NCBI GenBank assembly: GCA_963422615.1
Contig: OY730414.1
Span: forward strand, 1-64,000
Reading direction: 5' to 3'
From: Longimicrobiales bacterium
Lineage (GTDB): Bacteria > Gemmatimonadota > Gemmatimonadetes > Longimicrobiales > Gaopeijiaceae
DNA: 64,000 nucleotides
Part shown: one piece after another, positions 37,485 through 51,283 of the stretch
Layout of the letters: every line of letters starts with the position of its first letter
Position numbering within the stretch: position 1 is the stretch's first letter
The notes under the pieces: model-generated
Seen by the model: the letters and a program-made list of their open reading frames with translations, nothing else
What the model was told of the DNA's origin: nothing
Databases searched by the model: none
Translations under genes and position numbers: made by a program

Positions 37485-39851
37485 TTACTCCGCCACTCCC
37501 TTCTCGTTGAGAATCGCCCACACCTTGTCGGGCGTGATCGGGATGTCGATGTGACGCACGCCCAAATGCGCCAGGGCGTCCACGACGGCGTTGGCAATGG
37601 CCGGCGGCGCGCCGACGGTGGCCGACTCCCCAACACCCTTGGCCCCCAGGGGGTGGTGCGGCGAGGGCGTGATCGTGTGCGCGGTTTCCCATGCGGGCAC
37701 CTCGACGGCGGTGGGCACAAGATAGTCCATGAACGAACCCGCCAGGTTGTTGCCGTCCTCGTCGTAGGGGATTTCCTCGTAGAGCGCCGGACCCAGGCCC
37801 TGGGTCAGCCCGCCGTGTACCTGGCCCTGGACGATCATGGGGTTGATGATATTGCCACAGTCGTCAACGGCCACGAATCGCCGCACCTTGACCTCACCGG
37901 TACCTCGATCAATATCGACGACGCAAATGTAGCTGCCGAAAGGAAAGGTAAGGTTGGGCGGATCGTAGTAGTTCACGGCTTCCAGCCCGGGTTCCATTCC
38001 CGGCGGGGGATTTGTGTAGGCGGCAAACGCCGCGTCCTGGATCGTCACCGACTTCTGGGGCGCCCCCTTTACCGAAAACGTCCCGGGCTCCCAATCCAGA
38101 TCCTCCTCTCCGACTTCGAGCAGGTGGGCAGCAATCTTGGCCGCCTTCGCCCGAATCTTGCGCGCGGCAACGACGGCGGCCGCCCCGGCGGTGGGCGTCG
38201 AGCGACTTGCATAGGTGCCCAAACCGTAAGGCGCAGTGTCGGTGTCGCCCTCCTCGATCTGAATGTGGGCGGCAGGCAACCCTAGTTCTTCGGCAACAAT
38301 CTGGGCGTAGGTGGTCTCATGCCCCTGTCCCTGGGACTTGGTTCCAAAGCGGGCGATGGCTTTGCCGGTAGGGTGCACACGCACTTCTGCGGAATCGAAC
38401 ATCTTGATGCCCAGGATGTCGAACTGCTCGGCGGGACCCGCACCCACGATCTCGGTGAAGCTACAAATGCCGATCCCCATGAGCTCGCCCTCCGTGCGCT
38501 TCTCGGCCTGCTCCTTGCGCAATTCGTCGTAGGCGATGATCTCCTTGGCCTTGTTGAGTGCCGCATGGTAGTCGCCGCTGTCGTACTCCCAGCCCAAGGG
38601 CGAAGCGTACGGAAACGCATCCTTGGGGATAAAGTTCTGCGCCCGCAACGCCGCCGGGTCCTTGCCCACCCTCTGGGCGAGGACATCCACCATCCGCTCC
38701 ACGCAGTGCACGGCCTCCGTGACCCGAAAGGAGCAGCGGTATGCGACACCTCCCGGCGGCTTGTTCGTGTAGACGGCGTCGACTTCGGCGAAGGCCTGCT
38801 CCATGTTGTACGACCCTGTGCAAATGGAAAAGAGGCCGGCCGGGAACTTGGACGGGGATGCCTGGGCATCGGAGTAGCCGTGGTCGGCCAGGGTCTTGAT
38901 CCGCAACGCTCTGATCTTCCCGTCGGCGTTCGCCGCCAGCTCGGCATCCATGTGGTAGTCACGGGCGAAGGAGTCGGCCTGCAGGTTCTCCATCCGGTCC
39001 TCGATCCACTTGACCGGCTTGCCCAGAACCACCGACGCCGCAATGGCGATCACGTAACCGGGATAGACCGGCACCTTACCGCCGAAGCCACCGCCGATGT
39101 CGGGCGACACAACCCGGATCTTCTCTTCCGAAAGACCCACATGCCCCGCCACCAGGGCCAGAACGGTGCGGATGGCATGGGGGGCCTGGGTGGTCATGTA
39201 GACGGTCAGGTGACCTTCAACGGGATTGAAGTCGGCGAGACAACCGCAAGTCTCGATCGACGCCACATGAATGCGCGGCACATGCATCTTCCCCTTCACG
39301 ACGACATCGGCGTCTTCGAAGATGCGGTCGGTCGCCTCCTTGTCCCCCTCCTCCCAGTGCCAGATCCGGTTGTCCGCCTGGCCTTCTTTGTCGGTTCGGA
39401 GGACGGGAGCATCGGGTTCCAGAGCCCGGAAGGGGTCGATGACCGGCTTCATCGGCTCATACTCGACCTCGACGGCGGCGACACCGTCGGCGGCAGCATA
39501 ACGATCCGTAGCGATCACCCCCGCCACCTCCTGCGCCTGGTACATGACCGTGTCGGTGGGCAGCACCATCTGGGTGTCCGACATGAGGGTCGGCATCCAG
39601 TGCAGGTTGTACGCTTCCAGGTCCTTGCCCGTAAGCACGGCGAGCACCCCGGGAATCTCCAGGGCCCTGGATGCGTCGATGTTCTTGATCTTGCCGTAGG
39701 CCACGGGGCTACGGACGATGTCCAGCCAAAGCATACCGGGCAACACATGGTCGTCGATGTAGTTCCCTCGGCCCTGGAGAAAGCGCGGGTCTTCCTTGCG
39801 CTTCATGGAGTGGCCCACGCCGCAGATCCTGGCGGAAGTCTTCGGTGCCAT
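37485..39851 (-). CDS. coxL: Aerobic carbon monoxide dehydrogenase large subunit, form I
   Basis: AYRCSFR active-site motif; RKEDPRF, GGGFGGK, QGQGHETT, GAKGVGE. Confidence 0.95.
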   Translation of the reverse strand: MAPKTSARICGVGHSMKRKEDPRFLQGRGNYIDDHVLPGMLWLDIVRSPVAYGKIKNIDASRALEIPGVLAVLTGKDLEAYNLHWMPTLMSDTQMVLPTDTVMYQAQEVAGVIATDRYAAADGVAAVEVEYEPMKPVIDPFRALEPDAPVLRTDKEGQADNRIWHWEEGDKEATDRIFEDADVVVKGKMHVPRIHVASIETCGCLADFNPVEGHLTVYMTTQAPHAIRTVLALVAGHVGLSEEKIRVVSPDIGGGFGGKVPVYPGYVIAIAASVVLGKPVKWIEDRMENLQADSFARDYHMDAELAANADGKIRALRIKTLADHGYSDAQASPSKFPAGLFSICTGSYNMEQAFAEVDAVYTNKPPGGVAYRCSFRVTEAVHCVERMVDVLAQRVGKDPAALRAQNFIPKDAFPYASPLGWEYDSGDYHAALNKAKEIIAYDELRKEQAEKRTEGELMGIGICSFTEIVGAGPAEQFDILGIKMFDSAEVRVHPTGKAIARFGTKSQGQGHETTYAQIVAEELGLPAAHIQIEEGDTDTAPYGLGTYASRSTPTAGAAAVVAARKIRAKAAKIAAHLLEVGEEDLDWEPGTFSVKGAPQKSVTIQDAAFAAYTNPPPGMEPGLEAVNYYDPPNLTFPFGSYICVVDIDRGTGEVKVRRFVAVDDCGNIINPMIVQGQVHGGLTQGLGPALYEEIPYDEDGNNLAGSFMDYLVPTAVEVPAWETAHTITPSPHHPLGAKGVGESATVGAPPAIANAVVDALAHLGVRHIDIPITPDKVWAILNEKGVAE

Positions 39852-40330
39852 TAGTCGCCCTCCCCGATTTTGTCGGCGGCATAGCGAACCGCCTTCACGA
39901 TGTTCACGTATCCGGTGCACCGGCAGAGGTTGCCCGAGATGGCCTCGCGTATCTCCGCTTCGCTCGGGTCCGGGTTGTCATCCAGCAACGCCACGCCCGT
40001 CATGAGCATTCCCGGCGTGCAAAAGCCGCACTGGAGACCGTGCATCTCCTGAAATCCCTCTTGGAGCGGGTGCATGCCGTCGCTACCGGCGAGCCCCTCG
40101 ACGGTACCGATTTCGGCCCCCTCGGCTTGGACGGCCAAAACGGTGCAGGACTTTGTCGGCACGCCGTTCAGCAACACTGTGCAGGCACCGCAGTGCGTCG
40201 TATCGCACCCGATGTGCGTACCGGTGAGCCTCAGCTCGTCGCGGATCAAGTGGACGAGCAGGAGACGAGAGTCCACCTCCCGCCGGCATTCCTCGCCGTT
40301 CACGGAAACGGTGATCCGATGTTTGGCCAT
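39851..40330 (-). CDS. coxS: CO dehydrogenase small [2Fe-2S] subunit
   Basis: [27 protein letters not shown]. Confidence 0.95.
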   Translation of the reverse strand: MAKHRITVSVNGEECRREVDSRLLLVHLIRDELRLTGTHIGCDTTHCGACTVLLNGVPTKSCTVLAVQAEGAEIGTVEGLAGSDGMHPLQEGFQEMHGLQCGFCTPGMLMTGVALLDDNPDPSEAEIREAISGNLCRCTGYVNIVKAVRYAADKIGEGD

Positions 40331-40335
40331 CGCCC

Positions 40336-41205
40336 TTATCCTCCGGCGGCGCGTGCGAGCGCCTTGCGAATGGCCCTGGCGGTGAGAACGCGGGCCATGT
40401 TCTTCTTGTATTCGACCGGACCGCGCCGGTCCTCCACCGGATCGGCGGCGGCAGATGCAGCGCGGGCGGCAGCAGCAACGGTTTTGTCCCCGGGTTTCTT
40501 TCCGGTAAGGGCAGCTTCGGCTTCCACGGCTCGCACGGGTGCAAAGCCCAGATTGGTGAGGCCGATCCCGGCTTGCGACACCGTGCCGTCACCGGCCAGC
40601 GCAAGCTGCACCGCGACGCCTGCAACGGCGTAGTCGCCAACCTTCCGCTCCAGCTTGACGTAGGCACCGCCGCTGGGAGCGGGCGGCACCGGCACCCGAA
40701 CCTCCGTCAGGATTTCGTCCGGGGCCAGGGCCGTCATGAACAGGCCGTGAAAGAAGTCGTCAATCGCGATCGTACGCTTTCCGCCGGGCCCACAAGCGAC
40801 AACCTGGGCCCGCAACGCCAGCATTGTCGCCGGGTGGTCGTTGGCCGGATCGCCGTGGGCGAGGTTACCGCCGACGGTGGCCCGGTTCCTCACGACGGGG
40901 TCTGCGATGACCTTGGCCGTATCACCGAGGATCGGATATCGAGCGGAGACCCCGGAATCGCGCTCCAGTTGCGTCTCCGTCACCAGGGCGCCGATTTTGA
41001 GGAAGCCGTCCGTCTCGGAGATCGCGCCAAGACCCGGAATGCGTCCGATGTCGACCAGGTGGGCGGGAGACGCCAAGCGGAGCTTCAGCATGGGCAGCAG
41101 GCTCTGGCCACCCGACATGACCTTGGCGTCGTCAAGCCGGCCCAGCAACGCAAACGCCTCCTCAAGGCTACGCGGGGCATGGTAGTCGAACTGCGGGGGA
41201 ATCAT
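40336..41205 (-). CDS. coxM: CO dehydrogenase medium FAD subunit
   Basis: [30 protein letters not shown]. Confidence 0.93.
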   Translation of the reverse strand: MIPPQFDYHAPRSLEEAFALLGRLDDAKVMSGGQSLLPMLKLRLASPAHLVDIGRIPGLGAISETDGFLKIGALVTETQLERDSGVSARYPILGDTAKVIADPVVRNRATVGGNLAHGDPANDHPATMLALRAQVVACGPGGKRTIAIDDFFHGLFMTALAPDEILTEVRVPVPPAPSGGAYVKLERKVGDYAVAGVAVQLALAGDGTVSQAGIGLTNLGFAPVRAVEAEAALTGKKPGDKTVAAAARAASAAADPVEDRRGPVEYKKNMARVLTARAIRKALARAAGG

Positions 41206-41217
41206 TCGTCCACCTCC

Positions 41218-41670
41218 TCAGCTTTGCCGTGCAAGTTCGTTCGTGACGACCTGGGTAAACTCCAGAAACATTTTCTTGGAAACATGCTGGATCATGCCCC
41301 GCCCGAGCTGGGCGAGAATGCCCGTGACCGCCAGTTCCGCCTCCACCGTCACCTCCGTGCTGGTGGGCGCCAGGGCCACCACCCTGCTGGTCATCGTCAT
41401 GTCGGCGTTCCCCATGCCGGCCTTGCCCTGGCCTCTGGCCCGGACCACTGCGGAACGCCCCTCCGGGTCCAGATCGAAGGTCACGGTGCCGTTGTACGCG
41501 GCCGCCAACGGTCCTACCCGAACCGACATGCGGCCCTTGTAGGTCGTTTCGTCGATCTTCTCGCTGAGGTCGGCTCCGGGGAGAGCTCCGGCGACGCGCT
41601 CCGGATCCACGAGAAAATCCCACACCGCGTCCGCTGAAGCCTCGATCGTGAACTTTTCTTCAATTTTCAT
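41218..41670 (-). CDS. coxG: CoxG/SRPBCC family protein
   Basis: VWDFLVDPERVAGALPGA, VRVGP, GILAQLGRGMI. Confidence 0.85.
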   Translation of the reverse strand: MKIEEKFTIEASADAVWDFLVDPERVAGALPGADLSEKIDETTYKGRMSVRVGPLAAAYNGTVTFDLDPEGRSAVVRARGQGKAGMGNADMTMTSRVVALAPTSTEVTVEAELAVTGILAQLGRGMIQHVSKKMFLEFTQVVTNELARQS

Positions 41671-42889
41671 GAGCGCTCCTTATAACGCCCGCCTTTCCCA
41701 CCCCGCCGGCTCCTTGCCGGCACCTACTCCGCCGCGACAGCATCGGCAGCAAGACCGCAAGCGACGCCAGATCATGGGCCGGGACCAAGCCGTCAATGTG
41801 GGGTATGGCGGTCTTCATGCCCCTCGCTTCGGGCCGATAACGCGGGTCTCCCATGAGCGGGTTCAGCCAGATCACCCGGCGAGCCCGCCTCCGAATGGCA
41901 AGCAGCCCCGTCTCGAGAGATCGGACATCGCCTCGGTCAAGTCCGTCGCTGAAGATCAACACCGATGTATCCGGTGCGACCGTTTGTCGCAAGTAGCGAT
42001 CGGCGAACTCGAGGAGGCACGCCCCGATGCGCGTGCCACCGGACCAATCCTCAACGTGGCCGGCAAAACGCTTCAGGGTGTCTGCCACGTTGCCGGACGC
42101 GATCCACGGCGTGAGCCGCGTCAGGGACGTGTTGAAAGCAAAGGTCTCGGTGCGGCGGAGGACTTTGCTCAAAGCCAGCAGGAAAGCGATGAAGAAGCGG
42201 GAATAGGGATCCATGGAGCCACTTGTGTCGCAGAGGGCAACGACGTGCGGCTTTTCCACGGCCCGGCCGCGCCGGGCAAGTTCCACAAGCTCCCCGCCTC
42301 GGGCGAGAGAGCGGCGAAAGCTGCGGCGCACGTCGATAACGGAGCCTCCGGGGGTGGGAACCAGCCTGCGGCTGGGCCGGGTGGCCATCTTTCGCGCCAG
42401 GATCGCTAAGAAGCGTTCCATTTCGGCCAGGTCGCCCGGGACAGACGGGTCGAATTCCTTATCCCGGAGGAGGGCGCGGGGGCTGTAGCCGGGCCTTCCT
42501 GCGTTGACGGCCGGGTCCGCCCGGGTCGTCAAGCCTTCTCTTTCCAGCTTCCGCCTGAGGGCTTCCAAGGGGTTTCCCTGTCCTGGCCACGGGCGGGGCG
42601 GTTGGCGGCGGCGGGCGCCGTCGGGTCGGGATGGATGCGTCTCCGCCTTACGCCACATACGGTCGAAGGCACGGTCGAAGGCGTCCCACGAAGCGGGTTC
42701 GACCTTCAGGCTCGTTCGCAAACCCAGCCGTACTTCCTCCGGATCGCCGATATCCAGAAGCGCAAGGGCGGCAGCGGCATCGATCGTGTCGCCGGGAGAG
42801 ACAGGGATCCCTGTGCGGCGCAGCTCCCGGGAGAAGCCCGCCAAGTGGACGACCAGGTCCGCGGTTCGGCGTCGGGTCGAGGCGGGCAA
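41660..42889 (-). CDS. coxE: CoxE-like VWA domain protein
   Basis: DTSGSM, WSGGTRIG, SDG, WLNPL. Confidence 0.88.
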   Translation of the reverse strand: MPASTRRRTADLVVHLAGFSRELRRTGIPVSPGDTIDAAAALALLDIGDPEEVRLGLRTSLKVEPASWDAFDRAFDRMWRKAETHPSRPDGARRRQPPRPWPGQGNPLEALRRKLEREGLTTRADPAVNAGRPGYSPRALLRDKEFDPSVPGDLAEMERFLAILARKMATRPSRRLVPTPGGSVIDVRRSFRRSLARGGELVELARRGRAVEKPHVVALCDTSGSMDPYSRFFIAFLLALSKVLRRTETFAFNTSLTRLTPWIASGNVADTLKRFAGHVEDWSGGTRIGACLLEFADRYLRQTVAPDTSVLIFSDGLDRGDVRSLETGLLAIRRRARRVIWLNPLMGDPRYRPEARGMKTAIPHIDGLVPAHDLASLAVLLPMLSRRSRCRQGAGGVGKAGVIRSAHEN

Positions 42890-42902
42890 CGTTCCGCAGC
42901 CG

Positions 42903-43790
42903 TCAGCCCGTCTGCCCCACCGCGCCTACCATGGCCCCGATCTCTTCGCTGCCAAGCTCCCCGGTGTCGTGGCGATCCTTGACCAGGCAGCCGAGGGTCA
43001 GGGTGACCGTTCGGGCGTCCAGACGGTCCCGATGCAGCATGACCAGCGCCCGGGCCCAATCAAGGGTTTCGGCCACCCCCGGCGGTTTCATAAGGCGTCG
43101 GCCCCGCAGCTCCCCCACAAAAACCGCGATCTCCCGGGCGAGCCGTTCGGCAATGCCGGGAACCTTTGCCCGGATGACCTCCACCTCCTTGGCAAGGTCC
43201 GGGTGCTCGATGAACAGGTACAGGCAGCGTCGCCGCAGCGCGTCTCCGATTTCCCGGGTCCGATTCGACGTCAGCACGACGAAGGGTCGGTGCGTGGCCC
43301 GAATCGTGCCCAGCTCGGGGACGCTTACCTGGAAGTCCGAAAGCACCTCCAGCAGGAATGCCTCGAAGCCCTCATCGGCGTGGTCGATTTCGTCAATCAG
43401 CAGGACGGGGGCCTTGGCGGGTCTGGTGATGGCCCGAAGGAGCGGCCTCTCCAGAAGGTAGGGGCGGCCGAAGATGATCTCTTCCAGGTCCTCGCCGTCA
43501 CCGCCCTTCTCCGCTGCGATGCGTAGGCGCAGAATCTGCTTCTGGTAGTTCCATTCGTACAGGGCGGTGTTGGCGTCCAGCCCTTCGTAGCATTGCAGGC
43601 GGATCAGCTCGGTTTCCATAATCCGCGACATGACCTTGGCGATCTCGGTCTTGCCGACGCCCGCGTCTCCCTCGACAAGGAGTGGCTTCTTCATGGCACG
43701 CGCCAAATGGACGGCGGTGGCGATCGCCGGTTCGGCGACGTACTCCATCTCCCGCATCGCCTTCCGGAGCCCGTCGATCTCCGGCCTCAC
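42903..43790 (-). CDS. coxD: CoxD-like MoxR AAA+ ATPase
   Basis: GDAGVGKT, RLQCYEGLD, LLIDEID, DALRRRC. Confidence 0.9.
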   Translation of the reverse strand: MRPEIDGLRKAMREMEYVAEPAIATAVHLARAMKKPLLVEGDAGVGKTEIAKVMSRIMETELIRLQCYEGLDANTALYEWNYQKQILRLRIAAEKGGDGEDLEEIIFGRPYLLERPLLRAITRPAKAPVLLIDEIDHADEGFEAFLLEVLSDFQVSVPELGTIRATHRPFVVLTSNRTREIGDALRRRCLYLFIEHPDLAKEVEVIRAKVPGIAERLAREIAVFVGELRGRRLMKPPGVAETLDWARALVMLHRDRLDARTVTLTLGCLVKDRHDTGELGSEEIGAMVGAVGQTG

Positions 43791-43820
43791 GCCGATTTCG
43801 GACCCTTCTCCGGGCCCGCC

Positions 43821-44996
43821 CTAGCCGCGGTCATTCCCGCCAATTCCCCCTTCCAAGGTCGCGACCCCCACAATTCCCCCTTCCAGGTTCCTCACGTCCA
43901 CGTACCCCTCACGAACCAGAATCTTCGCCACGTCGAGGCTCCGGACACCGCTGTGACAGTACACCACCACCGGTCGGCCACGGGGAATGTCGTGGAGCCT
44001 GCCGGCGACTTGGCCCTTGGGAACGAGAACCGCCCCCAGGTGCTGGAGATTCATGACCTGCCATTCGATGGGTTCCCGCACGTCCAGAAGAAAAGGACGA
44101 GGGTCACCGGACATGACCCCAGCCAGATCCTCGGGCTGGACGCGTCCCACGCCGTCCCCGTCCTCCGCCACCTCCGGGGCGGCGCCGCAAAACAGGTCGT
44201 AGTCAATCAAGCCGGTCTGGGTAGGCCGATCTCCACAGACGGGACACCCGGGGTCCCGCCGAATCTGCATCTCCCGCCAACGGTACGTCCACGCGTCGAA
44301 GATCTGAAGCCGGCCCACAAGGGGCTCTCCGACGCCCAGGAGCAGTTTGATCGTCTCCATGGCCTGAGCCGCCCCGATCACTCCGGGCAGCGCGCCGAAG
44401 ACCCCGGCTTCCGCGCAGTTGGGTACCATTCCCGGAGGCGGGGGCTCCCGAAAAAGGCACCGGTAGCAAGGCCCGCCTTTCCTCCCGAACACGGAGAGCT
44501 GCCCCTCCCAGCGGTATACCGACCCGTAAACATCGGGCTTCCCCGAAAGCACGCAGGCGTCATTGACCAGATAGCGGGCCGGGAAGTTGTCGCTACCGTC
44601 CACCACGACGTCGTAGTCCGCGATGACTTCCAGGGCGTTTTCCGAATCCAGCCGCTCGGCCCGGGTCTCCACTTCAACGTGCGGGTTGACGTCGGCCAGC
44701 CGGGCCCGGGCCGACACGACCTTGAGCCCCCCGAGGTCGGAAGTGCCGTGGAGAATCTGCCGCTGTAGGTTGGTCACGTCAACGACATCCGGGTCCACGA
44801 GTCCCAGGGTGCCCACACCCGCCGCAGCCAGGTAGAGGGCCGCCGGGGAACCCAACCCTCCCGCACCGACCAACAGGACGCGGGCTGCCTTGAGCCGCTC
44901 CTGTCCCTCCACGCCAACCTCGGGAAGGACCAAGTGGCGGGCATACCGGGCCATTTCCTGCCGGGTCAAGGTGGCGCCTGGGTCCTTATCTGGCAT
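43821..44996 (-). CDS. moeB: Molybdopterin-synthase adenylyltransferase with rhodanese domain
   Basis: RYARH, GAGGLG, NLQRQ, CYRC/CPVC, YCHSGVRS. Confidence 0.93.
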   Translation of the reverse strand: MPDKDPGATLTRQEMARYARHLVLPEVGVEGQERLKAARVLLVGAGGLGSPAALYLAAAGVGTLGLVDPDVVDVTNLQRQILHGTSDLGGLKVVSARARLADVNPHVEVETRAERLDSENALEVIADYDVVVDGSDNFPARYLVNDACVLSGKPDVYGSVYRWEGQLSVFGRKGGPCYRCLFREPPPPGMVPNCAEAGVFGALPGVIGAAQAMETIKLLLGVGEPLVGRLQIFDAWTYRWREMQIRRDPGCPVCGDRPTQTGLIDYDLFCGAAPEVAEDGDGVGRVQPEDLAGVMSGDPRPFLLDVREPIEWQVMNLQHLGAVLVPKGQVAGRLHDIPRGRPVVVYCHSGVRSLDVAKILVREGYVDVRNLEGGIVGVATLEGGIGGNDRG

Positions 44997-45206
44997 AGCG
45001 TTCTCAAGGCTGGGGAAGCCCGCCGATGGGGGCGGGAAAGCCGAAAGCTAGTCCGTTGAGCCGGATTGGCGAAAGTCGGGGCCGCACTTGACGGAACCGA
45101 GGCGGACCCTAGGACCAGAACCGTGCAGGCCCACCCTTTTGGGAGTTCGGCCAAGAGCTAAGGGCGAGGATTTGCGGAAGTACAGGTTTCTCCTTGACGG
45201 CAGGAA

Positions 45207-46817
45207 TCATTTCGTTTTCTCCTGAGTCGCAAGGAAGCCCAGGCGCCCGAGATTGACTTCGATGGCGGCATTGAGCCGCGCCCCTTCGGCCTGTTGCTCG
45301 CGCAACTGCGTGACGAGGCGCTGCATTTTGTCCTCGAAGGGTTCGCCGTCGTCCGGCTGTGGTTCCGCGCCGACGTAGCGGCCGGGGGTGAGCACGTGGC
45401 CGTGTTTGCGTATTTCTTCCAGGGAGGCGCTTTTGCAAAAGCCGGGGATGTCGGCGTAGGCACCGGTGCTCTCCTCGCGGACCGCCGCGCCGTCAGGTAG
45501 GCGCCAAGCGTGATAGGTATCCGCGATGCGGGCGATGTCCTCGTCCGTGAGCTCGCGGTGGGTGCGGTCCACCATGCGGCCCAGCTTGCGGGCGTCGATG
45601 AAGAGAATCTCGCCCCGACGGTCGCGGAACTTCCCGTTGCCGCGATTTCGTGACAGGAACCATAAGCAGGCCGGAATCTGCGTCGAGTAGAAGAGCTGGC
45701 CAGGCAGCGCGACCATGCAGTCCACCAAATCGGCTTCGATCAGGCTCTTGCGGATCGCGCCCTCACCCGATTGCGCCGACGTCATGGAGCCGTTGGCGAG
45801 CACGAAGCCGGCGATGCCGTTCGGCGCCAAGTGATGCACCATGTGCTGCACCCAGGCGAAGTTGGCGTTGCGCTTCGGCGGGACGCCGTATTGCCACCGG
45901 GGATCGGCGACCAGCCGCTCCCGGCCCCAGTCCTTGACGTTGAACGGTGGATTGGCGAGAATGAAGTGCGCCTTCAGGTCCGGGTGGCGGTCGTCGTGGA
46001 AGCTGTCGCCATGGGCAATTTGTCCGTCGATGCCACGAATGGCGAGATTCATCTTGGCCAGCCGCCATGTCGTGTAGTTGGACTCCTGGCCGTAGATGCT
46101 GATGTCCGTCTTGGCCTTACCGCCGTTGCCGTTGCCGCTGGTATGCGCCTGTATGAATTCGATGGATTGCACAAACATGCCGGACGAGCCGCAGCAGGGA
46201 TCGTAGACCCGACCCCGCCAAGGCTGAAGCACTTCTACCAGCAGCTTCACCACGCAGCGCGGGGTGTAAAACTCCCCGCCCTTCTTGCCCTCGGCGCTCG
46301 CGAACTGCGACAGGAAATACTCGTAGACGCGACCGAGCACGTCCTTTGAGCGCGCCTCGGCGCTGCCCACCATGATATTGCCGACCAGGTCGATGATCTG
46401 GCCGAGCCGCTGTTTGTCCACCGCCGGACGGGCGTAGTCCTTGGGCAGCACGTCCTTGAGCACCGGGTTGTCATGCTCAATGGTGGCCATGGCGTCGTCC
46501 ACGAGCCCGCCAATGCTCGACCGGCGGGCTTGACCTTGCAGCATCGACCAACGGGCTACGGGGGGCACCCAGAAGATGTTCTCCGCGGCGTACTCGTCTC
46601 GGTCTTCGGCGGCCTCCGCGCCCCATTCGGCCAGCACGATCGCATGGCGCTCCTCGAAGGCGTCGGAGATGTATTTCAGGAAAATGAGGCCGAGGACCAC
46701 ATGCTTGTACTCGGCTGCGTCCATCGAGCCGCGCAGGGCGTCGGCCATCGCCCACAGCTCCGCCTCGTAACCCGTGATCGCCCCACCACCCCCTGGCGCA
46801 GATGTCGTTCCGGTCAT
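45207..46817 (-). CDS. hsdM: Type I RM methyltransferase subunit
   Basis: [32 protein letters not shown]. Confidence 0.96.
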   Translation of the reverse strand: MTGTTSAPGGGGAITGYEAELWAMADALRGSMDAAEYKHVVLGLIFLKYISDAFEERHAIVLAEWGAEAAEDRDEYAAENIFWVPPVARWSMLQGQARRSSIGGLVDDAMATIEHDNPVLKDVLPKDYARPAVDKQRLGQIIDLVGNIMVGSAEARSKDVLGRVYEYFLSQFASAEGKKGGEFYTPRCVVKLLVEVLQPWRGRVYDPCCGSSGMFVQSIEFIQAHTSGNGNGGKAKTDISIYGQESNYTTWRLAKMNLAIRGIDGQIAHGDSFHDDRHPDLKAHFILANPPFNVKDWGRERLVADPRWQYGVPPKRNANFAWVQHMVHHLAPNGIAGFVLANGSMTSAQSGEGAIRKSLIEADLVDCMVALPGQLFYSTQIPACLWFLSRNRGNGKFRDRRGEILFIDARKLGRMVDRTHRELTDEDIARIADTYHAWRLPDGAAVREESTGAYADIPGFCKSASLEEIRKHGHVLTPGRYVGAEPQPDDGEPFEDKMQRLVTQLREQQAEGARLNAAIEVNLGRLGFLATQEKTK

Positions 46818-46831
46818 GATCCCTTGTTTCC

Positions 46832-50092
<3,261 letters not shown>

Positions 50093-50298
50093 GGCGCTAG
50101 TTGTCCTCACGCAGCGGAGGAAGTTCTTCCAACCAGGGCCAGCCATTCCCCGAAATGACGGCACTCGTTGCGTTTCGCGTTAGCCGTATCCGAAGCGATG
50201 TCTAAGTCGTGGGCTGTCCGCCAGCGCAAATTGGCTAGCCATTCTAGGGCAACGGCCTCAATGTCCATTTCGGTGAAGGTGATCATAGGACGCTTTCT

Positions 50299-51273
50299 TT
50301 ACTTGTTATAGTGTTTGTCAAATTCTGTCATGATGTTGGGGTTGAAGAAGATCTTCTTGGCACTTTTGGTATTACCTGGATCGAGAAAGCGGGAACGTGC
50401 GGATCGCTCATCGGTTTCGAGACACTTCCTAATCTCATGATATTTCTTATTCGCTTTGAAATTCTTGTATCGTTCTCTACACCTTTCCGTTAATGTGCCG
50501 TAATCCCACGGGTACCTCTCTCGAATGTTCTCTTCCGTCAATCTGACTGTCAATGCCGAAGAGTTAGTTGTGACATGGACTGGCAACGCGTCTTTTGATT
50601 TCGACCTCGTGAACTTAAGTTCGACATTCACACTTACCGAATAAGAGGATTCAGGGTCAGACTCAGGTTCATCAATATCATTCACGAACGCCAGGAAATT
50701 TTTCTCCTCAGTATTGAGAAATGAACTCTCCACGTTAGATGGCAGAGCCATAAACGTGAGTGGCATTAGGTAAAGATTGAATTCGATAACGTCACGCTGA
50801 AACCATTCTCGGACTACATTCACGAAATTCTTGACACAAGCCGCTCCAATTTCGTACAGACGGGTATAGAAGGCTGGAGATTCATTGTAAAAATGTGTGG
50901 CACAATGCCGAAACTCAAGCATTAGCTCTATGTTTTGGGATGCAGAAGGGTCAAGGATTTTTTTGTTGACCAACTGTTTAGTCAAATAGCCCAATTCATG
51001 GGTGATAGGTGCGCGAGATCTAGTTCTCTTAATGTATTTCTTCGCACTTCTTTTCCCAGACCGAGATGAACGATTTTCATAAACGTAAAGGCTCCGTTTC
51101 TTGTTTCCATGCAGGCCTAACCATTTAGCCTTCAGGAGGAGTTCCCAGCCATTGATAGCAAGGATAGCAAACGACTCATTTCGATAAGGGAACCCTGGTT
51201 TGTTGTAAATCTCAATGGCGGCCACCATTGCATGTACCGCCCGGTCTAATAATTCCTTTGAGATTGACTTCAT
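50299..51273 (-). CDS. DUF3644-like protein (predicted HEPN-type) with C-terminal EC042_2821-like domain
   Basis: AAIEIYNKP...YRNESF...NGWELLLKA; RHCATH (RX4H); markedly AT-rich. Confidence 0.8.
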   Translation of the reverse strand: MKSISKELLDRAVHAMVAAIEIYNKPGFPYRNESFAILAINGWELLLKAKWLGLHGNKKRSLYVYENRSSRSGKRSAKKYIKRTRSRAPITHELGYLTKQLVNKKILDPSASQNIELMLEFRHCATHFYNESPAFYTRLYEIGAACVKNFVNVVREWFQRDVIEFNLYLMPLTFMALPSNVESSFLNTEEKNFLAFVNDIDEPESDPESSYSVSVNVELKFTRSKSKDALPVHVTTNSSALTVRLTEENIRERYPWDYGTLTERCRERYKNFKANKKYHEIRKCLETDERSARSRFLDPGNTKSAKKIFFNPNIMTEFDKHYNK

Positions 51274-51283
51274 ATTACTTAGC

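Noticed and set aside
43841..43885. 15-bp direct repeat at the moeB 3' end (LEGGI repeated)
   Set aside because: Small local duplication with no evident consequence
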